Below, one piece after another: positions 17,972-28,161 of a DNA stretch of 64,000 bases. Source of the stretch: a candidate division WOR-3 bacterium (lineage in GTDB: Bacteria > Hydrothermota > 32-111); contig JBDRZY010000001.1 of the NCBI GenBank assembly GCA_039804205.1, forward strand, positions 286,198 to 350,197, read 5' to 3'. The notes below the pieces were generated by a model. That model did no database searches. It worked only from the letters and a program-made list of their open reading frames with translations, and was not told where the DNA came from. Position 1 is the first letter of the stretch. The number at the start of each line of letters is the position of its first letter. A program made the translations under genes and the position numbers.

Positions 17972-20900
17972 AGAGAAAAGAATCCTCTGTCTTAAAGAAT
18001 TTCTTAAAGAGTAATCCATGATGTAGGATACTCTTGAGTTTATAAAATCGTTCATAAAAGTAAGAGAGAGAGTGTTTTCAAAGAATATCCCTTTAGGGTA
18101 CTTATAATTTATACTCAGTGGTAGGTCATCCCCTTCATGATAGAAAGTGTATGAGATTTTTGGAACAAGGCTGAAAGAAAAATCTGAAATAATTCTTTGT
18201 TCTATATCTGAAGAAAATTCTGTTTTTGTCCCTTTTAAAGGTGAAAAATTTATTTCATCGTAATCGTATAATCCATAGAAGTAACCATAAGAGATTTTGA
18301 ATTTATAGTTCTGTCTAAACTCACCCAAATTGAATTCAAAAATTATAGAGTTTGAATTCAAATCATATTTTCCCGAAATTTCTTCTCTTGTTTCTTTTTC
18401 GTTTCTATAGAAAAGTGAATAGTTGATATCGAGTGTGCTTTTAATACCTGCGTCAAAAGAGAAAGTTTTAAAGGAAGATAGATTTTTATAGAATATTTTT
18501 TCGTATGTTAACCCCATAAAGGGAGTTAATCTTGTATTTAAGAGTTTATCTATAAGAAATTTAAAGTTCATGTTCGTTTCATTCAAATCACTCTGTTTTG
18601 TTTCTAATAGATTTTTCGATAGATCCGAATAGTTTAAGTTAATAAAAGTTTCAAGTTGATACAACCTTAAAGAGGTTCTGATCATTCTTTTCGAATAGGG
18701 GTCATTCGATAATTTGTTTTCTTTTATGAGTACATATTCACCATATATTCTATCATAAATATACGAATTTGTTACAGGATCATAAACATAGTCACCCTTA
18801 CCTTTACCAACATACACATAGGTTTCAACGATATCGTATATAGAGAGAGATGTTATGTAAGTATCGAAAGAATATTCATAAACATTTTTGAATTTTTTTT
18901 TGTAAAATGTACTGATAGCAACTATATTCCTTTTTGTATCATTGTAGTCAAAAATTTTATATTCTCCGGAAAACAGTGCTGAAAAATTTTCTCGTTCAAG
19001 TTTGTTCATTTCAAATTTGAATACATCAACATTTTTTACTTTTAAACTGTCTTCGAAAGTTTTTTCGTTTCTATATTCCATGAGATAATTTCTATTGTCT
19101 GAAAATATCCTCAAACCTCTCCTGTATGAAAAAAAAGTTTTACTTTCATTTCCTATGAAAACTGAAATGTTTGATATTTTGAAATGTTTTGTTAGTGTAA
19201 TGTTCTGATCTTTGTAGTAAAAGGAATCGTTTAAAATGAAATAATTTGCTCCAAGATCGATAGAATAGTTGAAAAATGTGTCCGTGTTTATAATAGTTCT
19301 AAAGGTGTTAAAAGAGTCGATTTTAGAAATGGAAAAATTTGAATTGAAAAGATTTTTTAAAGAAGGATCAAAAGAAAAAGTGATCTCACGGAGTGGTGTT
19401 TTAAAAATTGTATCACTTTTTATGTATTCATAGTTGACCATTTTGTTCCATCTTGTTTTGTATATGGTATCATTTTCTCTGTATTGAAATGAGAATGAAG
19501 AAGAAAAATTTTTGAACGAAAATCTTTTTGTGTTGTAAGATAGATAATATGAAAAATCTTTTAAAAACGGAGATTGCAGGTTGTATCTATTGTTTTTGTA
19601 AAGGCCGGTTAATATTTCAAGATCAAAACAACCATACTTTATATTTTTTTTATATGAAATATCGAGAAGATGGTAAAAAAATGGAAGTGAAACTCTTCTG
19701 TAAGGAGAATAGTTACCATTGTTTTTACCAGCATATACAAATGAAAAACTGGAAGGTGAATAGATATAATCCCCTTTTCCATATCCAACGTAGTAAAATT
19801 CAACCCTGTAATCACCTTTCCCTTCTCCAGCAAAAACAAAGATCGAATCCTGTAAAAGATAATCCCCTTTGTTTTCCCCTACAAATTCGAATGATTTAAG
19901 AAGTACGTAGGACGAATCTGAAGGATACAATGAAAGTTCTTGTCTTAGCTCTTGATCGTTTATCTGGTTTCCCTCATTGGAGTAAAATATCTTTAGATCA
20001 TTTTTTTCATCTCCCAAAGAAATATAGTATCCAGAGTTTAAGGATGTCATATCAAACTGTTGAAATTCAACATAAACATATGAATTCTGATCAACAATAT
20101 GTTTGTTTGTAAAAGTTAGTTCACCGGTATAATAATCAACTGTATAATCTTTATCCTCTCCATTTTCTAACAGTTGACCGTTTAGATACACTTTTTCACT
20201 CCCGGGAGTAATGGTATAATCGAACAGATTTCTTTCTTCTACTATCCTGTATGGTCCAAGAATACCATCGATGCAAAAAAAAGATGTTGATTTAAAATTT
20301 CCTTTTTCAGCTGCATAAGAAAAAGATAAAGGATATTTTTTTAAACCTGTAGAAAACCCAAGTCCAAAAATTTCTTTGTTGAGGTTTAAAAATTTTGACC
20401 AGTTATTCTGTAATTTCGAATTTCCAAGAAAAAATTTTGTTCCGATCGTATTGTACAAGGAAAATTTCAAGTTTTCAATCTGATAGATTGGAACATTAAA
20501 CCCTAAATCGTTTGTTGAAGAGTTATCGTTTATATAACCTTCGATGCTCCAAAATGAATCAATCTTTCCATTTATTGAAAAATCTGTTATCTGTTCTATA
20601 TCGATTCTGTTGTTTTGGTTTAAAACATTAAAACCTTTTACGCCTGTTATATAAACACTTTTCGTTGATTCATCTTTTTTCTCAAAAATTTCATCTTTTT
20701 GGGGTTGATCCTTATATTTAAAATTTTCTGTCTTAATTTGTTCATCCACTTTCAAAAAAATTATACGTACATCTTTAAAATGTTTTGTAAACTTGATTCT
20801 TTTTCCATCAAAATAAAAATCCTCATTTTCTTTCAAGATTTTATTCTCTGATAATATCTGTAATGAATTTTTATAGATGGGATTTTCAAAAAGATAAAAA

Positions 20901-20986
20901 TCGTAGGTGTTTTCAAGTTTTACAGTGTCAGGTTGAAAATAGAAAAAAAGTATAAGGTAAAAAGTTTTAAAACAAAACATTACCAA
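17954..20986 (-). CDS. Large predicted outer-membrane beta-barrel protein with GKGDY repeats (hypothetical)
   Basis: The protein is 1010 aa with a signal peptide. Several G(E/K)GKGDY motifs recur. The C-terminus ...ILFSLFTYF ends with alternating hydrophobics and a terminal Phe, the OMP beta-barrel signature. The gene lies 8 nt downstream of purF on the same strand. Confidence 0.5.
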   Translation of the reverse strand: MVMFCFKTFYLILFFYFQPDTVKLENTYDFYLFENPIYKNSLQILSENKILKENEDFYFDGKRIKFTKHFKDVRIIFLKVDEQIKTENFKYKDQPQKDEIFEKKDESTKSVYITGVKGFNVLNQNNRIDIEQITDFSINGKIDSFWSIEGYINDNSSTNDLGFNVPIYQIENLKFSLYNTIGTKFFLGNSKLQNNWSKFLNLNKEIFGLGFSTGLKKYPLSFSYAAEKGNFKSTSFFCIDGILGPYRIVEERNLFDYTITPGSEKVYLNGQLLENGEDKDYTVDYYTGELTFTNKHIVDQNSYVYVEFQQFDMTSLNSGYYISLGDEKNDLKIFYSNEGNQINDQELRQELSLYPSDSSYVLLKSFEFVGENKGDYLLQDSIFVFAGEGKGDYRVEFYYVGYGKGDYIYSPSSFSFVYAGKNNGNYSPYRRVSLPFFYHLLDISYKKNIKYGCFDLEILTGLYKNNRYNLQSPFLKDFSYYLSYNTKRFSFKNFSSSFSFQYRENDTIYKTRWNKMVNYEYIKSDTIFKTPLREITFSFDPSLKNLFNSNFSISKIDSFNTFRTIINTDTFFNYSIDLGANYFILNDSFYYKDQNITLTKHFKISNISVFIGNESKTFFSYRRGLRIFSDNRNYLMEYRNEKTFEDSLKVKNVDVFKFEMNKLERENFSALFSGEYKIFDYNDTKRNIVAISTFYKKKFKNVYEYSFDTYITSLSIYDIVETYVYVGKGKGDYVYDPVTNSYIYDRIYGEYVLIKENKLSNDPYSKRMIRTSLRLYQLETFINLNYSDLSKNLLETKQSDLNETNMNFKFLIDKLLNTRLTPFMGLTYEKIFYKNLSSFKTFSFDAGIKSTLDINYSLFYRNEKETREEISGKYDLNSNSIIFEFNLGEFRQNYKFKISYGYFYGLYDYDEINFSPLKGTKTEFSSDIEQRIISDFSFSLVPKISYTFYHEGDDLPLSINYKYPKGIFFENTLSLTFMNDFINSRVSYIMDYSLRNSLRQRILFSLFTYF

Positions 20987-20994
20987 AAATTAAA

Positions 20995-22410
20995 TTAAAA
21001 AGAGTTTGTTCTATCTTTCTTTATATCATCTATATCCTTTTGATCAAGTGATATATCGTATTTACCACTGAAACATGATGTACAGAAATCTATTCTGTTA
21101 ATTCCGACACCTTCTATCAGTTTATCAAGTGGAAGATATGTTAAAGAGTCAGCACCGATTTCGTCAGCGATTTTTTCAAAACTTGTTTTGTTTGCAATGA
21201 ATTCATCAGTTTTCTGGATATCTATACCAAAGTAGCAAGGGAATTTTAAAGGTGGTGAATAAACAGCGAAATGTACCTCTTTTGCTTTTGCCTCCCTGAC
21301 AAGTTTCACAATACTTTTTGAAGTATTTCCTCTTACGATAGAGTCGTCAACGAGTAAGACCCTTTTGTTTTGAAGTTCAATCTTTATTGGATGTAATTTT
21401 TCTCTAACAGCATCTATTCTTTTTTTCTGTCCAGGCATTATAAATGTTCTTCCAACATATCTGTTTTTGATCAGTCCTTCTCTGTATGGAAGATTCAATT
21501 TTGTTGCGAGTGCAAGGGCAGCCGTTCTTGAAGTATCGGGAACCGGTATAACCACATCAAAATCTTTTCTTCTGTTTTGCAAAACTTCTGCAAGTTTTTC
21601 CCCAAGACGATATCTTGCATTATAAACATCTATACCATCGATTATGGAATCTGGTCTTGCAAAATACACCCATTCAAATATACATGCCTTATGCTCTGAT
21701 TTTTTTACTATTTTTCTGTTAATTTTTCCTTTATCTGAAATAAATATAACCTCACCAGGTTTTACATCTTCAAAATTTTCTATTCCTATGCTTTCAAGAG
21801 ATACCGATTCAGAAGAAAACGCATATCTTTCACCATCTGTTCCATATACTAATGGTCTGTAACCAACTGGATCTCTGAATGCAAGAAACCCCTGACCTGC
21901 GATATACGCTATAACGGAATAACTCCCTTTAACCTCATAAAAAACTTTTTCAACGGATTTGCAGAGAGAGTCAAAATTAAAATTTTTTTCAAAACTCAAA
22001 TGGTATGCAAAAACATTTAATATTATTTGAACATCAACCTCTGAATTTATATATCTATGGTATTCCTTGATCAATTTATTTTTTAAACTGAAATAGTTTA
22101 CAACATTTCCGTTGTGAGCCATAACGATTCCATAAGGAGTGTTTGTGTATACAGGTTGAGCATTCTCCAATCCTCCTTTTCCTATTGTTGGATAACGAAC
22201 GTGCCCTATACCTGTATATCCTGAAAGTTTGTTGATATCATTTTCATCAAAAGCGTTTGTTACAAGTCCCTCAGCGAGTTTGATGTTGAATTTATTTGAA
22301 TATGTCACGATTCCACAAGTATCCTGTCCTCTGTGCTGGATCATCTTTAACCCTTTGTATATATCTATGAAAGCGTTTTTTGATCCTATGACTCCAAAGA
22401 TTCCACACAT
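20995..22410 (-). CDS. purF: Amidophosphoribosyltransferase
   Basis: MCGIFGVIGS provides the N-terminal nucleophile Cys. A PRTase domain follows. The C-terminal cysteines (CYFGID, CTSCFSGKY) are consistent with an Fe-S PurF. Confidence 0.9.
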   Translation of the reverse strand: MCGIFGVIGSKNAFIDIYKGLKMIQHRGQDTCGIVTYSNKFNIKLAEGLVTNAFDENDINKLSGYTGIGHVRYPTIGKGGLENAQPVYTNTPYGIVMAHNGNVVNYFSLKNKLIKEYHRYINSEVDVQIILNVFAYHLSFEKNFNFDSLCKSVEKVFYEVKGSYSVIAYIAGQGFLAFRDPVGYRPLVYGTDGERYAFSSESVSLESIGIENFEDVKPGEVIFISDKGKINRKIVKKSEHKACIFEWVYFARPDSIIDGIDVYNARYRLGEKLAEVLQNRRKDFDVVIPVPDTSRTAALALATKLNLPYREGLIKNRYVGRTFIMPGQKKRIDAVREKLHPIKIELQNKRVLLVDDSIVRGNTSKSIVKLVREAKAKEVHFAVYSPPLKFPCYFGIDIQKTDEFIANKTSFEKIADEIGADSLTYLPLDKLIEGVGINRIDFCTSCFSGKYDISLDQKDIDDIKKDRTNSF

Positions 22411-23318
22411 ATTTTCTCTCCATCTTTTATTTTGTAACCGTTTATAAAACTTTTTGAATCCATTATGTTTTTACCTTCGGGTTGTATTTTTAAAACCGAT
22501 ACTGATCCATCTTCACAACCTAAAAGTAGTTCTCTCTTTTCCGAAATTTTTAAACTCCATTTTTCAACCTTTATTTCAGATGGAATCACTTTTCTAATTT
22601 TCACATTATATTTACCAATTCTACATTTTATTCCATATTCTGCAAGACCATTGATATGGTTTGTTAAATTCAAGGGATTTTTGTTAAGATCAAGAACAAG
22701 TTCTCTTTTTTTTATTTTTTTCGCGTAGGTGGCCTGACTTTCATCCTGTTTATAGAGTTTAAAATCTTGCGACCAATCAAAATTTAGGAACATTTTTGAG
22801 GAAACTTCGATCATCTTTTCTTTGAGTTCTATGGAATCAATGTAAGGTTCTATAGAAAAATCTTCCTGAAAAATAATATCTCCACCATCAAGAGTCTCAT
22901 CCATTTTAAAAAATGTTACTCCACTTTTCGTTTCCCCGGCCATTATAACTCTGTTGATCGGTGCAGCTCCTCTGTATTTTGGAAGGAGAGAAGGATGTAT
23001 GTTAACACTCATCCTTCTTGGTATTCCGAGAAACTCTTTGTTGAGAATATAGCCGAAAGAAAAGAGAAGAAAAAAATCGGGTATTTTTTTTTCTCTTAGT
23101 AGTTTTAGAAACTCTTCAGAATTAGGATTATCTGTTTTTAACAATTCAATCGATTTTTTTTTTGCGATTTCAACTAAAGGGGAGGGAGTTAAATTTCTCC
23201 CTCTACCAGATATTCTATCCTGACCCGTTATTATATATTCAGGTCGTTTTTTATCTATAATTTTTTCGAGAAACTTCAAAGATATGGTATCGTTTCCGAT
23301 AAAAACAAAACTATCCAT
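22386..23318 (-). CDS. fmt: Methionyl-tRNA formyltransferase
   Basis: The formyltransferase motif HPSLLPKYRGAAPINRVIMAGE is present. At 310 aa with a C-terminal domain it fits Fmt rather than PurN. Confidence 0.8.
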   Translation of the reverse strand: MDSFVFIGNDTISLKFLEKIIDKKRPEYIITGQDRISGRGRNLTPSPLVEIAKKKSIELLKTDNPNSEEFLKLLREKKIPDFFLLFSFGYILNKEFLGIPRRMSVNIHPSLLPKYRGAAPINRVIMAGETKSGVTFFKMDETLDGGDIIFQEDFSIEPYIDSIELKEKMIEVSSKMFLNFDWSQDFKLYKQDESQATYAKKIKKRELVLDLNKNPLNLTNHINGLAEYGIKCRIGKYNVKIRKVIPSEIKVEKWSLKISEKRELLLGCEDGSVSVLKIQPEGKNIMDSKSFINGYKIKDGEKICVESLES

Positions 23319-23634
23319 TTTTTAATTCAGAATCATCCTCTATTTTTTTAGTTACAGTGGATTTTAAAACTTTTATTTCAACTTTTGGTGAAATTTCCAG
23401 AAAAATTATATCTTCTTTAATATTGGTAATAGTTCCTATTATCCCTGAAGATAATATTACTTTATCACCCTTATTCAACGAATTTAGCATCTCTTTATGC
23501 TTTTTCTCTGCTTTTTGTTGTGGTAAAATGAATAAAAGATATAATGCAGCAAACATGATTATTAAAGGTAAAAGTGAAACAAGGGGATTTGTCTGTTGGG
23601 TTGGTGTTTGGTTAAAAATTAAGTAATTTAACAT
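23311..23634 (-). CDS. yajC: Preprotein translocase subunit YajC
   Basis: A single TM segment is followed by PQQKAEKKHKEML..GDKVILSSGIIGTITNI, the characteristic YajC core. Confidence 0.8.
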   Translation of the reverse strand: MLNYLIFNQTPTQQTNPLVSLLPLIIMFAALYLLFILPQQKAEKKHKEMLNSLNKGDKVILSSGIIGTITNIKEDIIFLEISPKVEIKVLKSTVTKKIEDDSELKNG

Positions 23635-23766
23635 ATAAACTCCTTATTTTGTTTTTCATAATTATATTTGTATATGTTGAATAGTCAATTGAAAATTTTC
23701 AGTTTAAACTTGACTTGGATTTTTTAAAGTTTAAAATTCTTTAAATATGAAAATTAAGGAGTTTTT

Positions 23767-24348
23767 ATGGATTTTATAAATAAAACTTTCATCCTCGAAA
23801 AATCAACAACAAACAGGGTTTTAAAAATTCTATTCTCTCTTATTTTTTTGACATTAACCTCAAAAATAAAAATTTTCCTTCCATTTTCACCTGTTCCAAT
23901 TACAGGTCAAACGTTTGGAATATTTCTGGTTTCACTTCTTTTTGGAAAAGAAGCGGTCGTTTCGGTATTTTTATACGTGATGCTGGGAATTTTTGGAATT
24001 CCATTGTTCGCGAATAATCTTACTTTCTCAATCTTCTCTCCAACCTATGGCTATATAATTGGCTTTTTTGTTTCTTCGTTTTTAATAGTGAATCTTAAGA
24101 AATCTTTTAATAAGAATTTGATACTTCTTCTTATTCTTTGTAATTTTTTGATATATTTTACCGGTGCATTTTATCTTTTTATGTATTTATCTTTTGTTTT
24201 ACATAAGAATGTGAATCTTATAAAAATTTTATATATCGGAGTTCTTCCTTTTCTTCCAGGTGATCTTTTGAAGGATTTTCTGGTTCTTTATTTTTTAAAG
24301 GTTCAAAAAAAAGTTGGATGGAGGGATAATGCAGGATATAAAGGTTGA
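23767..24348 (+). CDS. bioY: BioY family biotin transporter substrate-specific component
   Basis: Motifs LPFSPVPITGQTFGIFL and GIPLFAN..PTYGYIIGF are present. The protein has six hydrophobic segments. Confidence 0.7.
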   Translation: MDFINKTFILEKSTTNRVLKILFSLIFLTLTSKIKIFLPFSPVPITGQTFGIFLVSLLFGKEAVVSVFLYVMLGIFGIPLFANNLTFSIFSPTYGYIIGFFVSSFLIVNLKKSFNKNLILLLILCNFLIYFTGAFYLFMYLSFVLHKNVNLIKILYIGVLPFLPGDLLKDFLVLYFLKVQKKVGWRDNAGYKG

Positions 24349-25006
24349 AAATATTGTTAAAGATTATAAGGTTGGGGATGTAGTTGTAAGGGCTTTGAAT
24401 TCTATTTCCCTCGAAATAACAAAGGGCTCTTTTATATCAATTGCTGGACCTTCGGGAAGTGGAAAAACTACACTTTTGAACATCATTGGTTGTCTTGATC
24501 AACCCACATCAGGTAATCTTTACTTTGACAAAGAAAACGTTGTGGGATACGATGATAACAGATTAACATATTTTAGGAATCAAAATATAGGTTTTATCTT
24601 TCAGGATTTCAATCTTATCCCGGTTTTGACAGTTTACGAAAATGTTGAGTTTTCTCTTGCAATAAATCCAAAGTTTAACAGAAACCATAAAAAACTTGTG
24701 GAAGAGATACTTGGGATGGTTGGAATACTTGAACTTAAAAATAGATTTCCAAAAGAGTTATCTGGAGGACAGAAACAGAGGGTTGCCATCGCAAGAGCGC
24801 TTGTGAAGAAACCGATTCTTGTTCTTGCTGATGAACCCACTGCAAACCTTGATTCTGAAAACGCAAAAAATGTAATGGAAATAATGAGGAAAATGAACAG
24901 AGATTTGAACACAACATTCATTTTTTCAACCCATGATAAACTTGTGATGGATTATGCAGATAATGTCATATTCTTGAGGGATGGAAGAATAGTTGAGAAG
25001 GTTTGA
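24329..25006 (+). CDS. ABC transporter ATP-binding protein (LolD/MacB-type)
   Basis: GGAGGG lies 5 nt before the ATG at 24329. Walker A is GPSGSGKTT. The ABC signature is LSGGQKQRVAIARAL. Walker B is ILVLADEPT. The six-frame track starts the ORF at 24314. Confidence 0.85.
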   Translation: MQDIKVENIVKDYKVGDVVVRALNSISLEITKGSFISIAGPSGSGKTTLLNIIGCLDQPTSGNLYFDKENVVGYDDNRLTYFRNQNIGFIFQDFNLIPVLTVYENVEFSLAINPKFNRNHKKLVEEILGMVGILELKNRFPKELSGGQKQRVAIARALVKKPILVLADEPTANLDSENAKNVMEIMRKMNRDLNTTFIFSTHDKLVMDYADNVIFLRDGRIVEKV

Positions 25007-26240
25007 TATGGTGTTCTGGATAAAACTTGCATTCAAAAATATTTTTAGAAGCAAACAGAGAACGATACTTACACTTATCCCTGTAATTTTTGGGGTAATG
25101 CTTCTTATTACGATGTCCTCTTTGCTTGATGGGTTGAACAGGGATTCAATAAACAACCTGATAAACTTTGAAACTGCAAGTTTGAAGTTGGTTTCAAAAA
25201 ACTTTTCACTGAGTGATAAGAAAATGGATATAAATGAGATAGGGTTTATAGTTCCAGAAGAGATAATCGAATTCCTGATCAATTCAGACATGGTAGAAAG
25301 TTTTACTTATGAAATCGTTTTTGTTGGAAATCTTTCGGATGGTTTGAACAAATTACCTGTTCTTATAAAAGGCATAGATTTTAACTCATATAAAAAAACA
25401 TACAAAACCTTTGATATGAGTTTTTCCAGAATCGAAAATTTTGACGCCGGGAGTATAGTTGTTGGGAGTGATATATTAAAATATTTTGAGATAAGTACAG
25501 ATTCATTGTTGATAATACAATCGAGAACATCAGGTGGCACTTTTGATGCTTTTGATACGAAATTGAAAGGACAAGTTTCAACCGGGAATCCAAACATTGA
25601 TAGAACAACAGTATTTGTGAGTATCGATCAAGCGAGAAACTTTTTGAATGTAGAAAAGAAGGTTTCAAATGTTTCTATAAAGTTAAAAAAGAACAATTCC
25701 CTATACGATTTTGTTAAAAAGTTTGATAGGGTACTTTCAAAATACCCTGATTTAAAACTGGTGACATGGGAGGATTTTGCTTTTGAGATAAAAGCCATAG
25801 ATTCAGCTAAAAAATATTCCGGAGGGATCGTAATATTTGTGATACTTATTATAGGTGGTGTTGGAATCGCAAATACAATTTTACTTTCAATTTATGAGAG
25901 GTTTAAAGAGATAGGAACCATGCGAGCGATGGGTGCCCCAAACCATGTGATTTTAAAGATGTTTGTATTTGAAGGTGCACTGATAGGTCTTATCGGATCA
26001 CTTATTGGTATGTTTTTGGGAAGTTTGATTTCACTATACCTTTACAGGGTTGGTTTGGATTTTTCTGGAGTAATCGGTGATATGGATATAGGTTATCCGA
26101 TAAAGAGTATTTTTAGAGGTTCCTTCAATTTGATCTCAATCTTACAGGCAGGTATTTTTGGAACCCTTATAGGTGTTTTGGCTTCGTTCTATCCTGCAAG
26201 AAGGGCTATCAGGGAAAACATAATAAGGATTTTAAAATGA
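24993..26240 (+). CDS. ABC transporter permease, FtsX/MacB/LolCE family
   Basis: The N-terminal FKNIFRSKQRTILTLIPVIFGV TM segment is followed by a large periplasmic domain and a C-terminal FtsX-type 3-TM bundle. Confidence 0.75.
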   Translation: MRRFDMVFWIKLAFKNIFRSKQRTILTLIPVIFGVMLLITMSSLLDGLNRDSINNLINFETASLKLVSKNFSLSDKKMDINEIGFIVPEEIIEFLINSDMVESFTYEIVFVGNLSDGLNKLPVLIKGIDFNSYKKTYKTFDMSFSRIENFDAGSIVVGSDILKYFEISTDSLLIIQSRTSGGTFDAFDTKLKGQVSTGNPNIDRTTVFVSIDQARNFLNVEKKVSNVSIKLKKNNSLYDFVKKFDRVLSKYPDLKLVTWEDFAFEIKAIDSAKKYSGGIVIFVILIIGGVGIANTILLSIYERFKEIGTMRAMGAPNHVILKMFVFEGALIGLIGSLIGMFLGSLISLYLYRVGLDFSGVIGDMDIGYPIKSIFRGSFNLISILQAGIFGTLIGVLASFYPARRAIRENIIRILK

Positions 26241-27439
26241 ACTTTATTTTAAAGATTGCATTCAAAAATATCTTTAGAAATCACAGAAGAACCTTTTTAA
26301 CATCACTGGGTATTACAATCGCTGTTGCAGCAACAATATTTGGAAAATCTTTTATAGATGGTGAATTCGTTCCTATAATTCAAAACATTTCGGATATGGA
26401 AACAGGGCATATAAAGATTGTCAGAAAGGAATACAAAGAGAAAGAAAGAATGATGCCAATAAATTATACTTTAAATTACATTGAACTTGAAAACAAAATA
26501 TCAGGAATAAAAAATATAAAACTTATAAGACCAAGGATCAAATTTGGAACATTGATCGCAAAAGGTGATAATGAGGCTGATGGAGTTATCGGGTTTTCTA
26601 TACTTCCTGAAAGGGAAAAAGATTTTGTTCTACTTAAAGGAAAATCTTTAAACAGGGGAGAAATTTTAATCTCTAAAAAATTTGCTGATAAATTTAACAT
26701 AAACAAGAATGATACACTTGTTTTGATCACCCAGACGGTTTACGGTTATCTTAATGGGATATCTTTGCTGGTAAAAGATTTTTATGAGACGGATATAGAA
26801 TATATCGCATCGAATATGGTATTCCTTCATCTGAACGATGCTCAAAGGCTACTTGCTATTGATTCTACAAAAGCGATAGAACTTTTGATTTACTGCAAAG
26901 ATTTAGGTTCCTCTCTAAAAGTTTCAAAAGAGATAAAAAGTTTTTTATCTGATGGTTATTATCTTTCAAACTGGCAGGAAGGTGAAACACTTTTGAGTAT
27001 GTTGAAGGTTTCTTTCTCTGTTATGGGTATAGTTTTTTTGATAATTTTCTTTCTTGCATCCATAGCAATAATAAATACGATGGTCATGGCTTTGTATGAG
27101 AGGAAAAAGGAAATTGGAATGATGAAATCTCTCGGTTTAAAATCGGGAAAAATATTTTTGATATTCTTTTTTGAAACAACGATTATTGGGATCATCGGAA
27201 CTTTGATTGGCGTTATACTTGGATCGGTAATAACATTGATTTTTACAAAAATTGGATTCGATTATTCTTCTGCATTAAAAGACATACAGATACCGATAGT
27301 TCCTGTTATATATCCTTCTTTATCCCTGATGAACGTTTTGATAGGTTTCGTTCTTGGAATTTTGACATCCTCATTATCATCACTCTTTCTCGTAAAAAGA
27401 ATCAAAAGTGTTAATCCTGTCGAAATATTGAGGGAGTAA
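26237..27439 (+). CDS. ABC transporter permease, FtsX/MacB/LolCE family (second copy)
   Basis: The architecture matches the upstream permease. The N-terminus is AFKNIFRNHRRTFLTSLGI. The start overlaps the upstream stop (ATGA). Confidence 0.75.
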   Translation: MNFILKIAFKNIFRNHRRTFLTSLGITIAVAATIFGKSFIDGEFVPIIQNISDMETGHIKIVRKEYKEKERMMPINYTLNYIELENKISGIKNIKLIRPRIKFGTLIAKGDNEADGVIGFSILPEREKDFVLLKGKSLNRGEILISKKFADKFNINKNDTLVLITQTVYGYLNGISLLVKDFYETDIEYIASNMVFLHLNDAQRLLAIDSTKAIELLIYCKDLGSSLKVSKEIKSFLSDGYYLSNWQEGETLLSMLKVSFSVMGIVFLIIFFLASIAIINTMVMALYERKKEIGMMKSLGLKSGKIFLIFFFETTIIGIIGTLIGVILGSVITLIFTKIGFDYSSALKDIQIPIVPVIYPSLSLMNVLIGFVLGILTSSLSSLFLVKRIKSVNPVEILRE

Positions 27440-27441
27440 AA

Positions 27442-28161
27442 ATGTTGAAAAAGATTTTTTTGTTTTTATCACTGAGTTTGACAATTTTAATGCACGGTGA
27501 AACTCTTGAAAGCATAATTGATAAAGTTGAAAAGAATCTGGGTGTAAAAAATGTTGTTTACAGAGCAAAAATGAAGATCGAAGAGAGTGATAACACAAGA
27601 GAGATGGATCTTTTACTCTATATAAAGGACGAAAAAAATGTTTATGTTGAAGTTCTTACTTCAACTGATGGAAACAGAAGCAGATTTTTAAAAAAGGATA
27701 ATTCGATGTGGCTTTATTTACCTTCAGCTGGTAGATCTGTTTTGATAAAAGGACATATGCTCAAAGAAGGTTTTATGGGAAGCTCATTTTCCTATGAGGA
27801 TATTTCAGAAAGAAGAAAGTTAAAAGATATTTATGATATATCGCTCGTTGAGGATGAAAAATTTTATGTACTTCAGATGAAAGCAAAAGTGAACGATGCA
27901 CCCTATAAATACAAAAAAAGTTATATAAGGAAAGACGTTTATCTTCCATACAAAGAAGAGATCTATTCTTCATCAAACAGATTGTTGAAAGAATTTTACA
28001 TTGAAGAGTATGAAAAGATAAAAGATATATACTTCCCTAAAAAAGTTGTCATGAAAGATCTTTTACAGAAAAAAAATATTACAACTGTTGAGTATAACGA
28101 AATAAGTTTAAAAGATAAACTTCCTGAAAACTATTTTACAAAATCGTATCTTGAAAGATGA
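27442..28161 (+). CDS. LolA-like outer-membrane lipoprotein-sorting protein
   Basis: A signal peptide is present. The ~240-aa beta-rich protein follows a LolCDE-like ABC set, an arrangement typical of the LolA_like family. Confidence 0.5.
   Translation: MLKKIFLFLSLSLTILMHGETLESIIDKVEKNLGVKNVVYRAKMKIEESDNTREMDLLLYIKDEKNVYVEVLTSTDGNRSRFLKKDNSMWLYLPSAGRSVLIKGHMLKEGFMGSSFSYEDISERRKLKDIYDISLVEDEKFYVLQMKAKVNDAPYKYKKSYIRKDVYLPYKEEIYSSSNRLLKEFYIEEYEKIKDIYFPKKVVMKDLLQKKNITTVEYNEISLKDKLPENYFTKSYLER

Noticed and set aside
19528-20112. Plus-strand ORFs (123 aa and 60 aa) inside the 1010-aa OMP gene
   Set aside because: They lie antisense to a long uninterrupted ORF with signal peptide and beta-signal. 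Their compositional bias is typical of spurious frames.
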